A program made the translations under genes and the position numbers. Of a stretch of DNA of 64,000 bases, positions 24,330 to 36,900 are shown one piece after another. The stretch is from Obrimoposthia wandeli. Lineage: Eukaryota. Numbering within the stretch: position 1 is the first letter of the stretch; each line of letters opens with the position of its first letter. Below the pieces are notes generated by a model. The model had not been told where the DNA came from. It did no database searches and saw only the letters and a program-made list of their open reading frames with translations. Where the stretch lies: contig CDROCS010000407.1 in assembly GCA_977020255.1 (NCBI GenBank), positions 310,001 through 374,000 of the forward strand, given 5' to 3'.

Positions 24330-25430
24330 TGAAATTATTTGGTCAAGCCATGCAATTTAACACTAACACATCCCTACCTATTTGTAGATATAAGGGATAC
24401 TATGAAGGTTTATGCGAATTTCTCGCTGAATATTCCAGATGTGTTGATGTACCTGGCTGGAACGAACAAGAGAAATGCGTTTGTGTTCAGGAATACTTGT
24501 CTATATTAGCTCTATAAGTATTTAAACATATTCTCTACGATAAGAAAGAGATATGGACAGAGTTCCCAGAAGCATTCATGAGAGAATTAGTAATATGAGA
24601 TTTAAATAAATAATAATTTTAAAAGAGGATCCTTAATGGACGTACGTTCGATGCAAGAGCATACTCAGCACTTATACTGCCAACGCATGCAGTCAAGATG
24701 AATTGAATAGAAAACATGACGGAAAATTTATAAAGTTTTGAGCGACGTATTTAGAAATAATGTTAAAAAAGAGATTAAAATTTTAATTGCTGTGTCAGAC
24801 GCGGGGGGGTTTTATGTTTTTATTGAAAAGGCGATACAAAGTAAGAAACAAATTAAATAAATTACGCAGCTAAAATAAACGAGGAGCCCAAAATTAAAGA
24901 TAAAGGTAATGAACAGTATGTTACAGTAAATTATAGGGATAATTCCCAAAATGATGAAATCATTGAGTGGCGTACATGCGAGCGGAAATTCCAAAGAGAT
25001 GACTCCAAAGGTATATATTTTATATAATTTTAACATAGAAAATTCTGAAGGTCACAAAGACATAAGTTTCGACAGATGTGATTCTAGAAACCATTTTGGA
25101 AATAGGTTTAATCAAGACGATTTCCGTAACAACACAGATGATTCCCGTAATCGTAACTTTGCGAGACAAAGACCCAGAGATGACTCTAGAATAATAGAAT
25201 TTGGACCAGAAAAATATAGGTCACATTATGAAGATCAAATTGATAAGGTTTAGCCAAGATCTGCCTTACCAAAGAAGATTTGACGATTGTGCCCAGTATA
25301 AAATGAAACTAGGAAAGTAAATTTTGAAGACAAGCCAGGCGTGATAGATACAGGTGGTTGAACTCAATGTCCTGATTGCTGTAAATGTGTCATATAGCTA
25401 AAATCTGTCGTCGTCTGACACGAAATTTTA
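24330..25430 (+). mobile_element. Gypsy gag remnant
   Basis: YKGYYEGLCEFLAEYSRCVDVPGWNEQEKC...; frameshifted zinc knuckle CPDCxKx(G)HIAKIC at ~25370-25412. Confidence 0.7.
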
Positions 25431-25438
25431 TCTCAGAC

Positions 25439-28258
25439 TTTCTCTCTCTTTTGGTATTTATTTGCACCTATTAGCATGTACAATCATTGGCTCTTTCTCC
25501 TTTACGTCAATTGCTTTTACTTTCAAGTTTGTCGTAGTCGTTTGGATTACCTCATGGAGTCTCTTATAAGGTCTAAAAATTATAGCTGATAATCCAGGCT
25601 TCATACTTGTATAGAATATCATTGCATTATCTCCTACTGTAAATTGATGATCTTTTGATTTTTTATCATATTGTACTTTGTATTTTTCTTTATTAAATTT
25701 CAATTTTAGACCTTAATCCATGGGCATGTTCTAAGTCGGAGCAATAAGATTGTATCATTGCACAAAGTGTTTTATTGAATCTTTCCACTAATTCATCTAT
25801 CTGTGGGTGTTACGGTGATGCTTGAAGTTTTTTCCAGAATATTTTGAACACTAATTTGATAACTTCTCCGGTAAAGTTCTTTCCTTGGTCTATAAGCAAT
25901 TTCGTTGGAGCTCCGTATCTGGATATTATCCCTTCAACTGTATCTGCTTTATGGTTAAGCATCGCGTAAGCTTCAACTCATCTCGTCATATAATCCGTGA
26001 AAACAAGCACTTATTTGTTTTCTTTTGTTGATTCTCTCAGTGGTTCAAATATATCCATAGCAGTGAATTCAAATCAGTATTAGCATTGGTTTTAGTGGCA
26101 CTTTCGTTCTCTGACCGGTATCTTTCCAAGTCAGACATTCCTTACACAGTTTACACCATGTTTTTATATAATTTTCAATCTCATCCCAATAGTATTTTCC
26201 CTTCATTCTGTACGCAGTCTTTCAATTAGATAAATGCCTGCTCTACGTTTAGTCGTGATATTGGATCATTATTTCTTGAATTTGTCAAATGGAATCCAGT
26301 ATTTGATATCATTACAACTGTTTTGCCTTGACTGTTCACGAAGTGTATTATTTCTTCCTTAATCGAATATTACCTGGTTAAAATCTTTTTCTAGTTATCC
26401 CTTAGCTAGCAGTTCTTGTATTAAACTTAGTTCTGGATCTACCTTCTGCTCTTTTATGATTTCTTTTACGATTTAGGTTATTTTAGCTAAAATCTGTCAA
26501 CAAATTAGGTGACTATATTTTCATAATGTTTCTTTTCTCATCTAAGTTCTACAGTCAGTTAGCTCTACTAGCTCTATAAGAGATTTCAATGTCGAATTCT
26601 GCTATTTTCAAAAACCATATGTTAAATTTACACAATTCGTCGCTCTCTTTGTATAAATATTGAAGCATTTTATGTTCTGTGTACAGCATTATCTCTTTTT
26701 TCCAAAAGATCATATCTGAATTCGACGTTAGACATTCTTTCTCAACTGTAGAATATCCTGTCTTTGCTTTATTTAATCCTCTGCTTGGGTATGCGATCAC
26801 TTGCTTCTTTCTTTCATCATCTTCTTGACCTATTACTGCTCTTAAAGCGTAGTTATTAACGTCAGTAATCAATATAAATTGTTTGTTTATGTCACGAAGA
26901 GCTAATATAGGTGCTTCAATTAATTTTTACTTGGCCCATTTGCGCTGCGTCGGTTAAACTTTAAGTATAGAATTTTCTAGTTTTTTTTAATACACTTTCT
27001 ATGTTTATAGATGTTTGATAGCAGAATTTGAGAAAATAATTATGTTGTCTATGTTACCATTGTGTTTGCACATCCTGCTTAAACAAAATTCATGCAATGC
27101 TGAAATGTTGCTGGTGCTCCCGTTAGTCTAAAAGGCATATTTTCACACTCATACGTTTTTCGATTATTTTCGCTTTCTTAATTATATTTACTTTTCTCGC
27201 ATTTGTTTATAATACGGTAGTGCTTATTTTGGCTGACTATTATTCTGATGGATAATTATTATTTCAAACAAGTTTATGATATCCATGCCAATAATTGAAG
27301 ATGTCGCAATTCCTGATTATAATGTCGCTTCTAACTCTACGAGTTTTCCTTCGATTCTTATTTCGCATAATATCCTTCCGACCACAACGGAAAGGAATTC
27401 ACCACTGTGAACGGTTCTTGTTCTTTTATCATGTCTTGTCGTTCTCTGCTAGTCAGCGTGTTAATGCAAATAATTGTTTTTCGGCTCCTTTCTCATTATA
27501 GTCATTTCTCACATTAGTTTTATCATCATTCGTGTCAAACTGTTCGTTTTCTTTTCTTAACTCGCGTAACTCATTATCGTGATGTCGGTGCAATAAACAT
27601 TTTGCCAAAATTGGAAAGCATTCAATAATCAATTTCAAGGTTACTCCTGTGATTATATAAGTTGGCAATACTTGTGATATTAAAATTTGTAGAAATTAAT
27701 TAGTATTCAAATACCAATTATTCCTGAAAACCTTTATCCTAAAACAACGAATTTTCCCCATATATTTTCTAACGTTCTGTTCGCTGCTTGCTTAAAAGGC
27801 TCCTCAGACAAAATCATTTTCAAATCAGCAAGGTCTGTTCCTGCTGCCATTGCTACATCTACCATATCTATAAATTATGAAAATCTACCCTAGAAGTTTC
27901 TGAGCTAACCATTATAGTCAAATGAAGTGTTTTGAAAGAGATGAGTGATGACTGACTGTGTTGATCACAATAAAATTCAACAATGCTCATTTTACTTTAC
28001 ATTATTTTACTTCTGTTTGAAAAGGTTCTGCTTCGTGCTACACGCTGTATCGGTTCCCGAGTATGAAAATTATATATATTTCCTTCAGCTTGTCCAGTAA
28101 CGTTATTTTCCACTTTAATTCTGACAATTATTGTTTTTTTTATATTCTTTTAAACTATTCTATCATCCGTTGTCATTTATCGATTATTCCATGAGGTTCT
28201 CGATCAAAAATGTGGCTTCGTCTATTCCTATGTTCAAGACTTCAGTTCGAATACTTCA
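25439..28258 (-). mobile_element. Gypsy pol remnant (protease, RT, RNase H, integrase), opposite to flanking gag and env
   Basis: VEFYCDQHSQSSLIS (protease-like) ~27960; KLIEAPILALRDINKQFILITDVNNYALRAVIGQ...YSTVEKECL...AEFDIEISYRA; IN C-terminus YDKKSKDHQFTVGD...IVHANRCK. Confidence 0.85.
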
Positions 28259-28269
28259 CTCAGACAATT

Positions 28270-29400
28270 GATACATTAAATATGATAATTAGTAGAATTA
28301 GTAAAGCATAAAAGATTATCAGAAATATTGAAATCTGCACTAGATATGATAAGAACACCTATAGAAATCTCAAATAATTCAGCTGAATAAAGCGAGACTG
28401 AAAATAATGATATAACAGATCCCTGGAAAAAGACGTCCACGCCTGAGGTAAATGACAATGAACCACAGATTGTAGTAAAAAACAATGAGTTGACAAATTT
28501 AGTAAATTAAGTACAACCAGAACAAGTAATTAGTCAGACAGGACATGATCAAACTAAAAACGCAGCCGAACAAATTAGACAAGATGAAGTCTCAGAGATT
28601 GTAGATCTTGACCCACCAATTTGGCATGCTGCCTACAGAGATAGACAAGTGATTCACACAACACGACAAAGTGAAGAGATACGATATAACAATATAACCA
28701 GATTATCAAACAAATTATCAAGCTGAGAATCAATATTTTTGAAGAGGACATGGAAGACCTAGAAAGGATGAGAGTATATTGAGAAATGTTTTGACTGCAC
28801 CTCAGACTGACGAAGAAAGAGATCACAGTATTAGACAGCTGGCAGCGTCATTAGAACTGTACAGTGCAGAGCGAAATGAAGACATCAGAGGTGATACGAA
28901 TTGAAAAGTGTCAAGTAGTAAGGAAATAATTACAAGTATTCTCAGATAAGTAAAGACAAAATTGTTTAAAATGTACAAAGAGGAACTACCGATATAACAG
29001 ACAAATTGACTAAAGCAGTTAGATCACAAATATCAAAAGTAAAAAGAAAGGTTACAAATCAAGGATATCATGTATCAGTAGATAGATTCTACGATGGCAA
29101 AGTTATAGCTATATTGTTGGGTACTCAACCCGATCACGGCGATTACATATTTATGTTTTCAATTGACAGAAAGGACAAGTCAACCGAATGAAGTTAAACA
29201 AGAAATAAATAACGTTTTTATCTAATTGAGAACGTATTGCAACGACGTATCGATGATAATGGAGGATAGATAAAACTGAGTGATTATACTAAAACGTTTA
29301 TGGAAGCGAAATAAAATGATGATGAACAAATTCATGAGAATCGCCAAAAAGAGAATAAACAATATCGTTCGAGAGAAAGAAATAGTCAAACTAATATGTC
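28270..29400 (+). pseudogene. Disrupted coding-like region between pol and env, unidentified
   Basis: Purine-rich plus-strand frames broken by stops, e.g. KAVRSQISKVKRKVTNQGYHVSVDRFYDGKVIAILLG. Confidence 0.35.
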
Positions 29401-29407
29401 TACAACG

Positions 29408-30360
29408 ATGATGATTATGTTAGTAATGTTCATGGAAATGCAAAATACATCAGTACTACGATTATAGCGTACCAAAATTGAGAAAAAGTACTTATTGCTC
29501 GACAGCGAAGATTTTCCAGAATCACGACCATTAAAATTAATGATTGAAGGTGTGGAAAACTATTATATTTATCAGGAAGTTGATAAAATAGGAGTACAAG
29601 TGAAGGAATGTTCAGTTTATTCAATCTATCATGAATTTTACTGTGGTAATATATGTTTTTTGTCGTAAATCACACCGTATAAACCACAAAAGGTCCTTCC
29701 GAGAAATTGTGAAGACGCATTTCGAACAGAAAAAATAGAAGTAGATAAGAAATACACACCCGATGCAAAGATTGGTGTGAGACGATATGAAACAGTCACG
29801 AGAATAGGGCAACGATGGGATGGTGGATCTTGCAATGAAGGAACAAAAATGTGCGTGGTACAAAAGTAACATCTTTAATAATGGACGTGTGTTACCAGAT
29901 TGAATTAAAAACATGGACAGCCAGTTTTTATAAAATTACAAAACCTATGATGAAATATCCGGAGTGAAATATGACAGATACATCTTGCCAAGCAGAAGAA
30001 TCCACAATAATATCACACAGACCCGCCAAAATGCTCGTTGATATTTTTAAAAGAAATAAAGTGTAATAAAGTAAAAGGTTTCCTGTATAATAAAGGAGGA
30101 AAAGGATTTCTTAACAAAACAGAATCATTTCCTACATCGCCGTCACCTACACTATTAATGGTGACATCAGCTGAAGAAAAGTTGATATTTATAAAAAGAA
30201 ACCAAGGTGCGATGCGGAATGACAATTAGTATTACAAATTATCCAGGTATAGTTTTGTTAAAAGAACCAATACCAATGAATGACAAAAAATACAAGACAC
30301 TAAAAAGATATTTTCCAAAATTAAGATTAAACATTTTAATATTTCACATGATTATCTATT
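29408..30360 (+). pseudogene. Chuvirus-glycoprotein-like envelope remnant
   Basis: Met-rich hydrophobic leader; VKECSVYSIYHEFYCG; LPRNCEDAF; TVTRIGQRWDGGSC; YQIELKTWTAS; KCNKVKGFLY; RCGMTISITNYPGIVLLKE. Cys and motif order match my recollection of chuvirus-type glycoprotein ectodomains; stops and frameshifts present. Confidence 0.65.
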
Positions 30361-31197
30361 AAAAATTCCTATAAATATTTGCTGTCGATATCGTGATCAT
30401 GGTGAACATTGCGCATATAAAAAGGGTATACGTATATCTTTATATTACCTGATATGCAGATAAACAATCCTTCTAATTGGAGGAATAAAATAAATAAAAA
30501 ATTAATATTTTCATCCAATAAGATAAGATCATATGTGAATAAATTTTAGTATATAAGCTCTCACATTTTTCATTTCAATCACCGATTTTTGAAATTATGA
30601 ATATGGTAATAACCTTATATTTTTTAATTATTATATCATTCAAATGTAAATAATCACTATTGGAAACCATTAATATTTAATTTTAAATCGGTTAAAGTGA
30701 TTCCTGAAACTGGGTTAACTAGAAATATTAGTATACATTATTGGATTACTTTTGATCAATTTTACTTATACAAAATATTTCATCGCTTCAATTCTGATAA
30801 TTTTTTTTAATAAATGGAGTAGAGCTAGTATATAAAATTCGAACATTTTTTTTTTCTTATATTTTGCCTTTCTAATATTTTTTTTATTCCTGTTTATCCA
30901 AATATCCATAGAGTTTTTATCAGTAACATATATTGGTCTCATTCTCTTGAGACTTATGTGTTCAGAATGATTATAAGCACAATGATTGTATTGTACAGAA
31001 TGATTGTATTATTTTATGCAAAACTTAGATCGAATTTTGTTTAGAGATACTTTTTTTATTCGATCTCTTAAAGTACGTTTAAATCTTTCTGATAATGCTG
31101 TTTTGTATTGCAAAATACAGAGTAGTGATTTATATTATTTTGTCGGTTTGCACATTTTAAGGAATGTTCTCTTTAATATTTCTTTAATGGCTTCAAT

Positions 31198-32403
31198 TGT
31201 TGAGGTTCAGAAACGGACGAATTAAATTAGAAAATATTAAATTAAAATGCTTTATTTATAGTCCTGGCTAAGGACATTTCGAAACTGTGAATATCAAATT
31301 AAATTTAAAAATTAATAAAAAGGGGACAAAACGCAGAATATAATTATTTTCAGAATATAATGAAAGAAAATTTAATCAATATCACGTGTCAGCCGATTCA
31401 ACAACATAAATACCAGTCACATGAGACACTACAACACACAAAAGCAGTGGATTTAAATGAACCAGAAACAGCAGATAATTTTTTGGAAAATCCTAACTAT
31501 CTTGTGGTAGATTTAACAGCAAGGATTATTTAAGAAGATAAACAGTCGATCACATGAAACGAGTTTATCGGACAAGTACCGAACGAAGAGCACGAAAACC
31601 AAAACGAAGACAATTTTTCCTCCGAGAAGAAAACGAAACAATTCAGAATAAGGAGCCTCAAGAAGGACGACTCAACCACCAACGGATCACAACGTCCAGA
31701 CGACGGGAAGCACTACAGGAGGATCGATTTATTCACGTTAAGTATTATAATTTGTTTTAAATTTATTTCAAAATCCTAATTTAAATTGTTTAGTAGGAAA
31801 TTGTAGCTATCCTGTAAACGGACAGTTATTTTTGTTAACTTTAAACTTCAGGGTAAAATCATAATAAGTCTAAACCAAGCCCAAGCCTTCTATAACTTTA
31901 AACCTTCTTGCTTTTAAGAATAAAATAAGCCTGTAACCGGTGAACCATTCGTTTACACCAGACTCATCTGGAAAATTAGACAAATTATAAATAACATTAT
32001 TGAACATATTATTGTGAATTGTTTTTCATACCAACGTGTTTTATATTGATATTGTGATTGAGATTCATGTGTATAATAAAGTATTTTATTTGGAGTTAAA
32101 TCGTTTTGAATCTGACGCCGAATACGACAATCCGATAAGTTTGAGAATAGTTTTGTCCTTATACGATTTAGAATCTTAGAAAATTAGCTTTGCGCTTGTA
32201 ACCAAAAGAGCATACATTTTTAGAAGTCATCGATTCTCTGATTAAAAACATATTAGCAAATAAATTGAGGAATAGAAAATACATACCTTCAGATAAATTT
32301 TTGAGACGAATAAAAGTATAGGATGTCTATACAAGTCCTATCACTCTAAAGAACTCACGCACCGAAGGCTTTCCTAAGAAGTATTTCAACTCTGGTCTCA
32401 ACG
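31198..32403 (+). repeat. Gypsy LTR (~1.2 kb including a ~0.3-kb segment absent from the 2973 copy)
   Basis: TGTTGAGGTTCAGA...TCTGGTCTCAACG imperfect terminal IR; colinear with 2973-4588. Confidence 0.8.
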
Positions 32404-33766
32404 CAGGCATAGCTATTACGAGAAATATTCGCTAATAACTCGCATATCTCATCCAACATAGTAGTCATACGGAATTTTAAATACGTAAATTATTTCAGTT
32501 ATCACTTTCCGTAACTGGTATCAACATTCTATCATCTAGACATCTTCTGTGAAATTTAAAAATTCTGTCTAAATTAATTGTAAATTAGAATTGATTTTCA
32601 AAATAACATGATAGCTATTAAAAAAACTACAGAGACCGGTGGAAGATTAGATTGTGTGCAATTAAAAGTTTCTAAAGTCACCACAAATATACAATTTAGC
32701 ATCGGAGCGACAAGTCTCCCATTACATTATTGATTTTATAAATATAATAAAAAATAATTTTGTTAGTGTAAATGAATTTTTTATTTATAAGGTGACATAA
32801 AAGTGTTATTTATAAAATCAAAAATGAATTGACACACTATTGCTAAAGGTTCACCATCACTGATAGAGTAATAACATTGAAACTAAGTATTATATCAAAT
32901 CATATGGTTTTAGTTACTGTATAAATGAGAAACGGCTAACCATTTTTCTGTTAAATTAGAAAAGCTAAAATCTGCATAAAAATATATGCATATATAGATA
33001 AGTATTTTATTACAAAACACAGTATTAGGTTTTTTTTGCGTTCCAACGAAAATGTTCAATGCAATGTGTAAAAAAGTAAAATAAGTACAAAATTCAAGTA
33101 AATGTGTATACCAATGCAAACACAAACAATATCATATATAGTAAACATTCGGGAGTAGCATAAATTAGTAAATGTACTTCTTCTGAGTTGCGTATACTCT
33201 AATCTTTAGCGTTTATGGATAGCATTTTGGTTGTAGATTTTTTTCACTCAACTTGTACTATGTATATAACAATGTAGAATAAAAAGCAATAATACAGTTT
33301 TTGACACAAAGCAACAAAGACAGTTGTGATGAAATATGGAATAAAACAAAAAAAATACAAATACACACATATCAAAGATCTGTATGTGGTGTCAGGAGAT
33401 TGTCAAACTCAGCTGGGATAAGATAGGAATGGAAGGATAGCGCGGTTCCAGGCACTTGTGTGAGGGAGAGAGAGACAGAAGACGGGAGAGGGTAAGTGAG
33501 CAAAAATGGGCAGAACGTGAGCTGGAATATGGTGCCATTTCATCTCAATTCGTTTTCTGAAATTGTATCATTAGTTGGATATCACCGATCGGGTGAAAGT
33601 GTGTATCTCAGGATAGTGTTAATCTAAATGAACCAATCACAATGAAGAAATGAAAATGTGGGCCAATCAAAATCTCGTTTTCATTTGATTGATCAATCAA
33701 AAACGTGATGTGTCTAACTGATTTAACCTATAGGAAGGCAGTGATATATAAATACATATGTATCTA

Positions 33767-33980
33767 TTAAGCACACTCAATGGCTTCAGTGGGACAATTG
33801 GTGACTGACACCACTGCAGTTTGGTGGGAAGAAGACTCATTGATTTTCTTGACGAGTACCAGTTGTACTTTGGAATTTATCTTCATGATTTGCTCAAGAT
33901 TGCTGCGCTGGTTCTCCTCCTTCAACAGATACTGTTCCGCCAGACAGTCGCAAATCAGTGCATCCGCGTAGTCTACATAC
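33767..33980 (-). CDS. RasGAP probable terminal exon
   Basis: gtctag|G YVDYADALICD...LKEENQRSNLEQIMK...IECA-TAA; phase matches the previous exon. Confidence 0.72.
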
Positions 33981-36900
33981 CTAGACATATGAAATTGGAC
34001 TGTAATAGGGTAGTTCTACTCGGAATTGGTACCATCATGAATTCTAGGCCCATTCAAATCCAATACCAATAACGAGAGAAAATGTTTCAAAAAGTGCTAT
34101 TAACCTTAGCAGTATGCAAAAATTTCCAAAACAAATGTGTAGATTGTCACTCCATACATAACCATTTAGAGAACTGACTTCAACATGTGAATGAAAGTAA
34201 GCCTAGTTTCTTCAAAGAATGTTAAGAAAGATTTGCTGAAATATTAATAAAAGTATATATAAATAAATATAAACCTTCATTATTTGGTAAAATTAACACA
34301 ATATAACTAATATTAAAATAACAGTTGTAAATCAAAGCTATACTTGACTAAAAACTCTGCTATATGTTCACACCATTATTTGTCAAAGATCGTTATAACA
34401 GAACAGACAAATACGTAACATTGATTTGGAGTTAAACTTACAAAAGATGCATCCTCATTAGAAATCACAGACTAGAGAAAACTTCTTATCATGTTAAGCC
34501 TTTATTTTTCTAAGAGTATTGGTATAGTTCCAAAGTTGCTTTAAACAACCGACTGCAGCGAAGGGATAAGTATAGAACTTGAAGGGGGAAATGATGAGTC
34601 TGGTAAACCATTAATAGAAGTTTTGAAAGAGATAGCAGCTATTATTTGCATTTCATCTTTTTTGGAAGACAACTTTGTGAAAGTATCGATCTTATTCCCA
34701 AGAATTTTCTACAGTAACTAACAACTATTTTCTACCGAACAACGGCCCCAGAAACAGTTATTTTTTACATTTGTGAAATTTAGAATTTCAAAACAACAAC
34801 ATGAACAAAGGTGGATAAAAATATATATTGAAAACTATTGACACTGACTCACTTCTCAAAGCTGCCCTTGGAACCGAGTATCTGACGGAGATTGGCGCTG
34901 TGGTAACTCTGTGTTCTGATGTCATCGTCTTCTTCACCCACTTCTCCCTCACACCACGAAGAATCTGCCGCCCGACGACCGTCTTCTTCTTCAAACTGCA
35001 TTCTACCTCCGAGATCTTTGATGAGACACAATTTCTGGAGCTCCAGCTCCAAGATATCAGCCATCGAATTGTCTTCACCCTGAACAAACAGTATGTAGTT
35101 ATCATTAGACATACTAATGTTTAATGTTAGTAGTACACTATTTTTAAATACTCAAAAATGCAATGTTTGAAACGGAACAAAACATTTAAGGATAATTGAT
35201 AAAATTATAACAAAGACCAGTAAACGAATATGAAATAATGACTGACTGCAAGACTATTAGTTTTAGAAATCCCCAAATTAGTGTTAAACCGTTGACTGTA
35301 ACTTGGAGGGCGTACTATTACATCTAGCACATCCTAATACATCAATAAATAAAGGTAAATACTCTTATTGATTCATATATAAATGGTGAAACTAAAGATC
35401 ATGTGTGATTATAATCGTTAGAAATATTATTTCAATTACTTGTAACTTAATAGAATCAACTATTAAATTTACATATAATGTAAGGAACTAGAGCTGGATA
35501 TGCGGCTACGATTCTGGTGTGACACGTATTAAAATCTGTCGAAGAACGTATCCTTCTTGAGAAATGTTTTTACAAAGACAATGAATGTATTGAAGCAGCA
35601 ACCAGAGCCTTCGGTACTTCCATGAATATCAAGGAACGAGGAAACTTACCTAATCGACACACTGTCCGAATTCATATCACGAAATTCGAGAAAGAAGGCA
35701 CAGTGCACAATTTGCTGAAAAGTGGAAGACCAAGACTTGGAACATGTGCTCAATAGTTAATCCGAAGTTGTAAATTTTCGAAATATATGCGTACTATAAC
35801 ATTTAGAATCATTCTTTTCATATGAGATGGAATTGAAGATAGTAGATTACTTAGGAATAACCCAGTATAATAAAGAGTCAGTTATTTTATACAAAAATAC
35901 ATAAAGTTCCATCCTTTAAAGGTAGCACATTGTACTTGCCTTCTTATTCTTATAAACTAATGTACGTACCCCTTGGGAGCGGACGAGACTGTCGAAATTG
36001 TGTTGACTGAAGTGAAGATCATCCTGTGACAAGTTGCCTTGGAACTGTTCCCCGTAGGTGGAAGAGTAACCGGATGACTTTGTGTTCATCTCCATTTGGC
36101 GCTGATTGTACATGAGCTGCTGCTTAAAGTTGGCCTTGATCTGAGCAACAGTACAGGGCTATAAAGATAATTCAGGTGTAAATTTATGAATTAAAATGAT
36201 TTAAAGTAGATAAACAATTACTTTATCGATAGTGTCCATATCTTCAGCAGTTCCATTTTCAAGACGCTTCAAATCAGCCAGAATTTGTTTAGTATCGTCG
36301 ATCAGTGAAGTAGTCTGAAATGTAATTTAGAATTGTTTCAACAAAATCATAATTTGAAAATTGTAACTTTAGTTATGACATACTATTGACAACTATAACT
36401 AGCAGATCCTAGACAGAAAATGCAATCGAAGCTCACCACTTTGATGTTTGACCTATCTAGAACGTAGCGTAGGTGATAACTGAGTCTGGCGGCATCGTAT
36501 GAAAGACAGTCGCGATAGTAGCTGGATGTGCGTGCATAACCCATCGTGTCAGTGCAAGGAGAGTTGTCAGGGACCAAGTTCATACTGGCTGAACCGGATA
36601 TGAGGCGCAGAAAGTTGTGCATTTCACCGTAGAAGTTGCGACAGTACAGGACCATTTCTTTCATGTAGTCCTCCTTCATTTCCTCGATGCTGGCGAAGTT
36701 GGCCACGTTCTGAACGCATTTCGCTACCTGCACCGGAGAATGTTAGATCGAGGTACATCTGTGGCACTTGTGCAACAAATTAACCGATAAGGGGAATGGT
36801 GAAGTGCACTGACCAGAGTGAAAGCGCGGTGGACTGTGCGGTCCTCTGAGTACTCGGGCAGCAGCTGGAAGAGGTAGGGCGTCATTATGGCCGGGCACAC

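Noticed and set aside
31198-32403. This LTR as a solo LTR
   Set aside because: Flanks (TCAAT / CAGGC) show no TSD.
33395-33491. Plus-strand exon with a strong gtaagt donor
   Set aside because: All three frames contain stops; more likely RasGAP 3' UTR or regulatory sequence.
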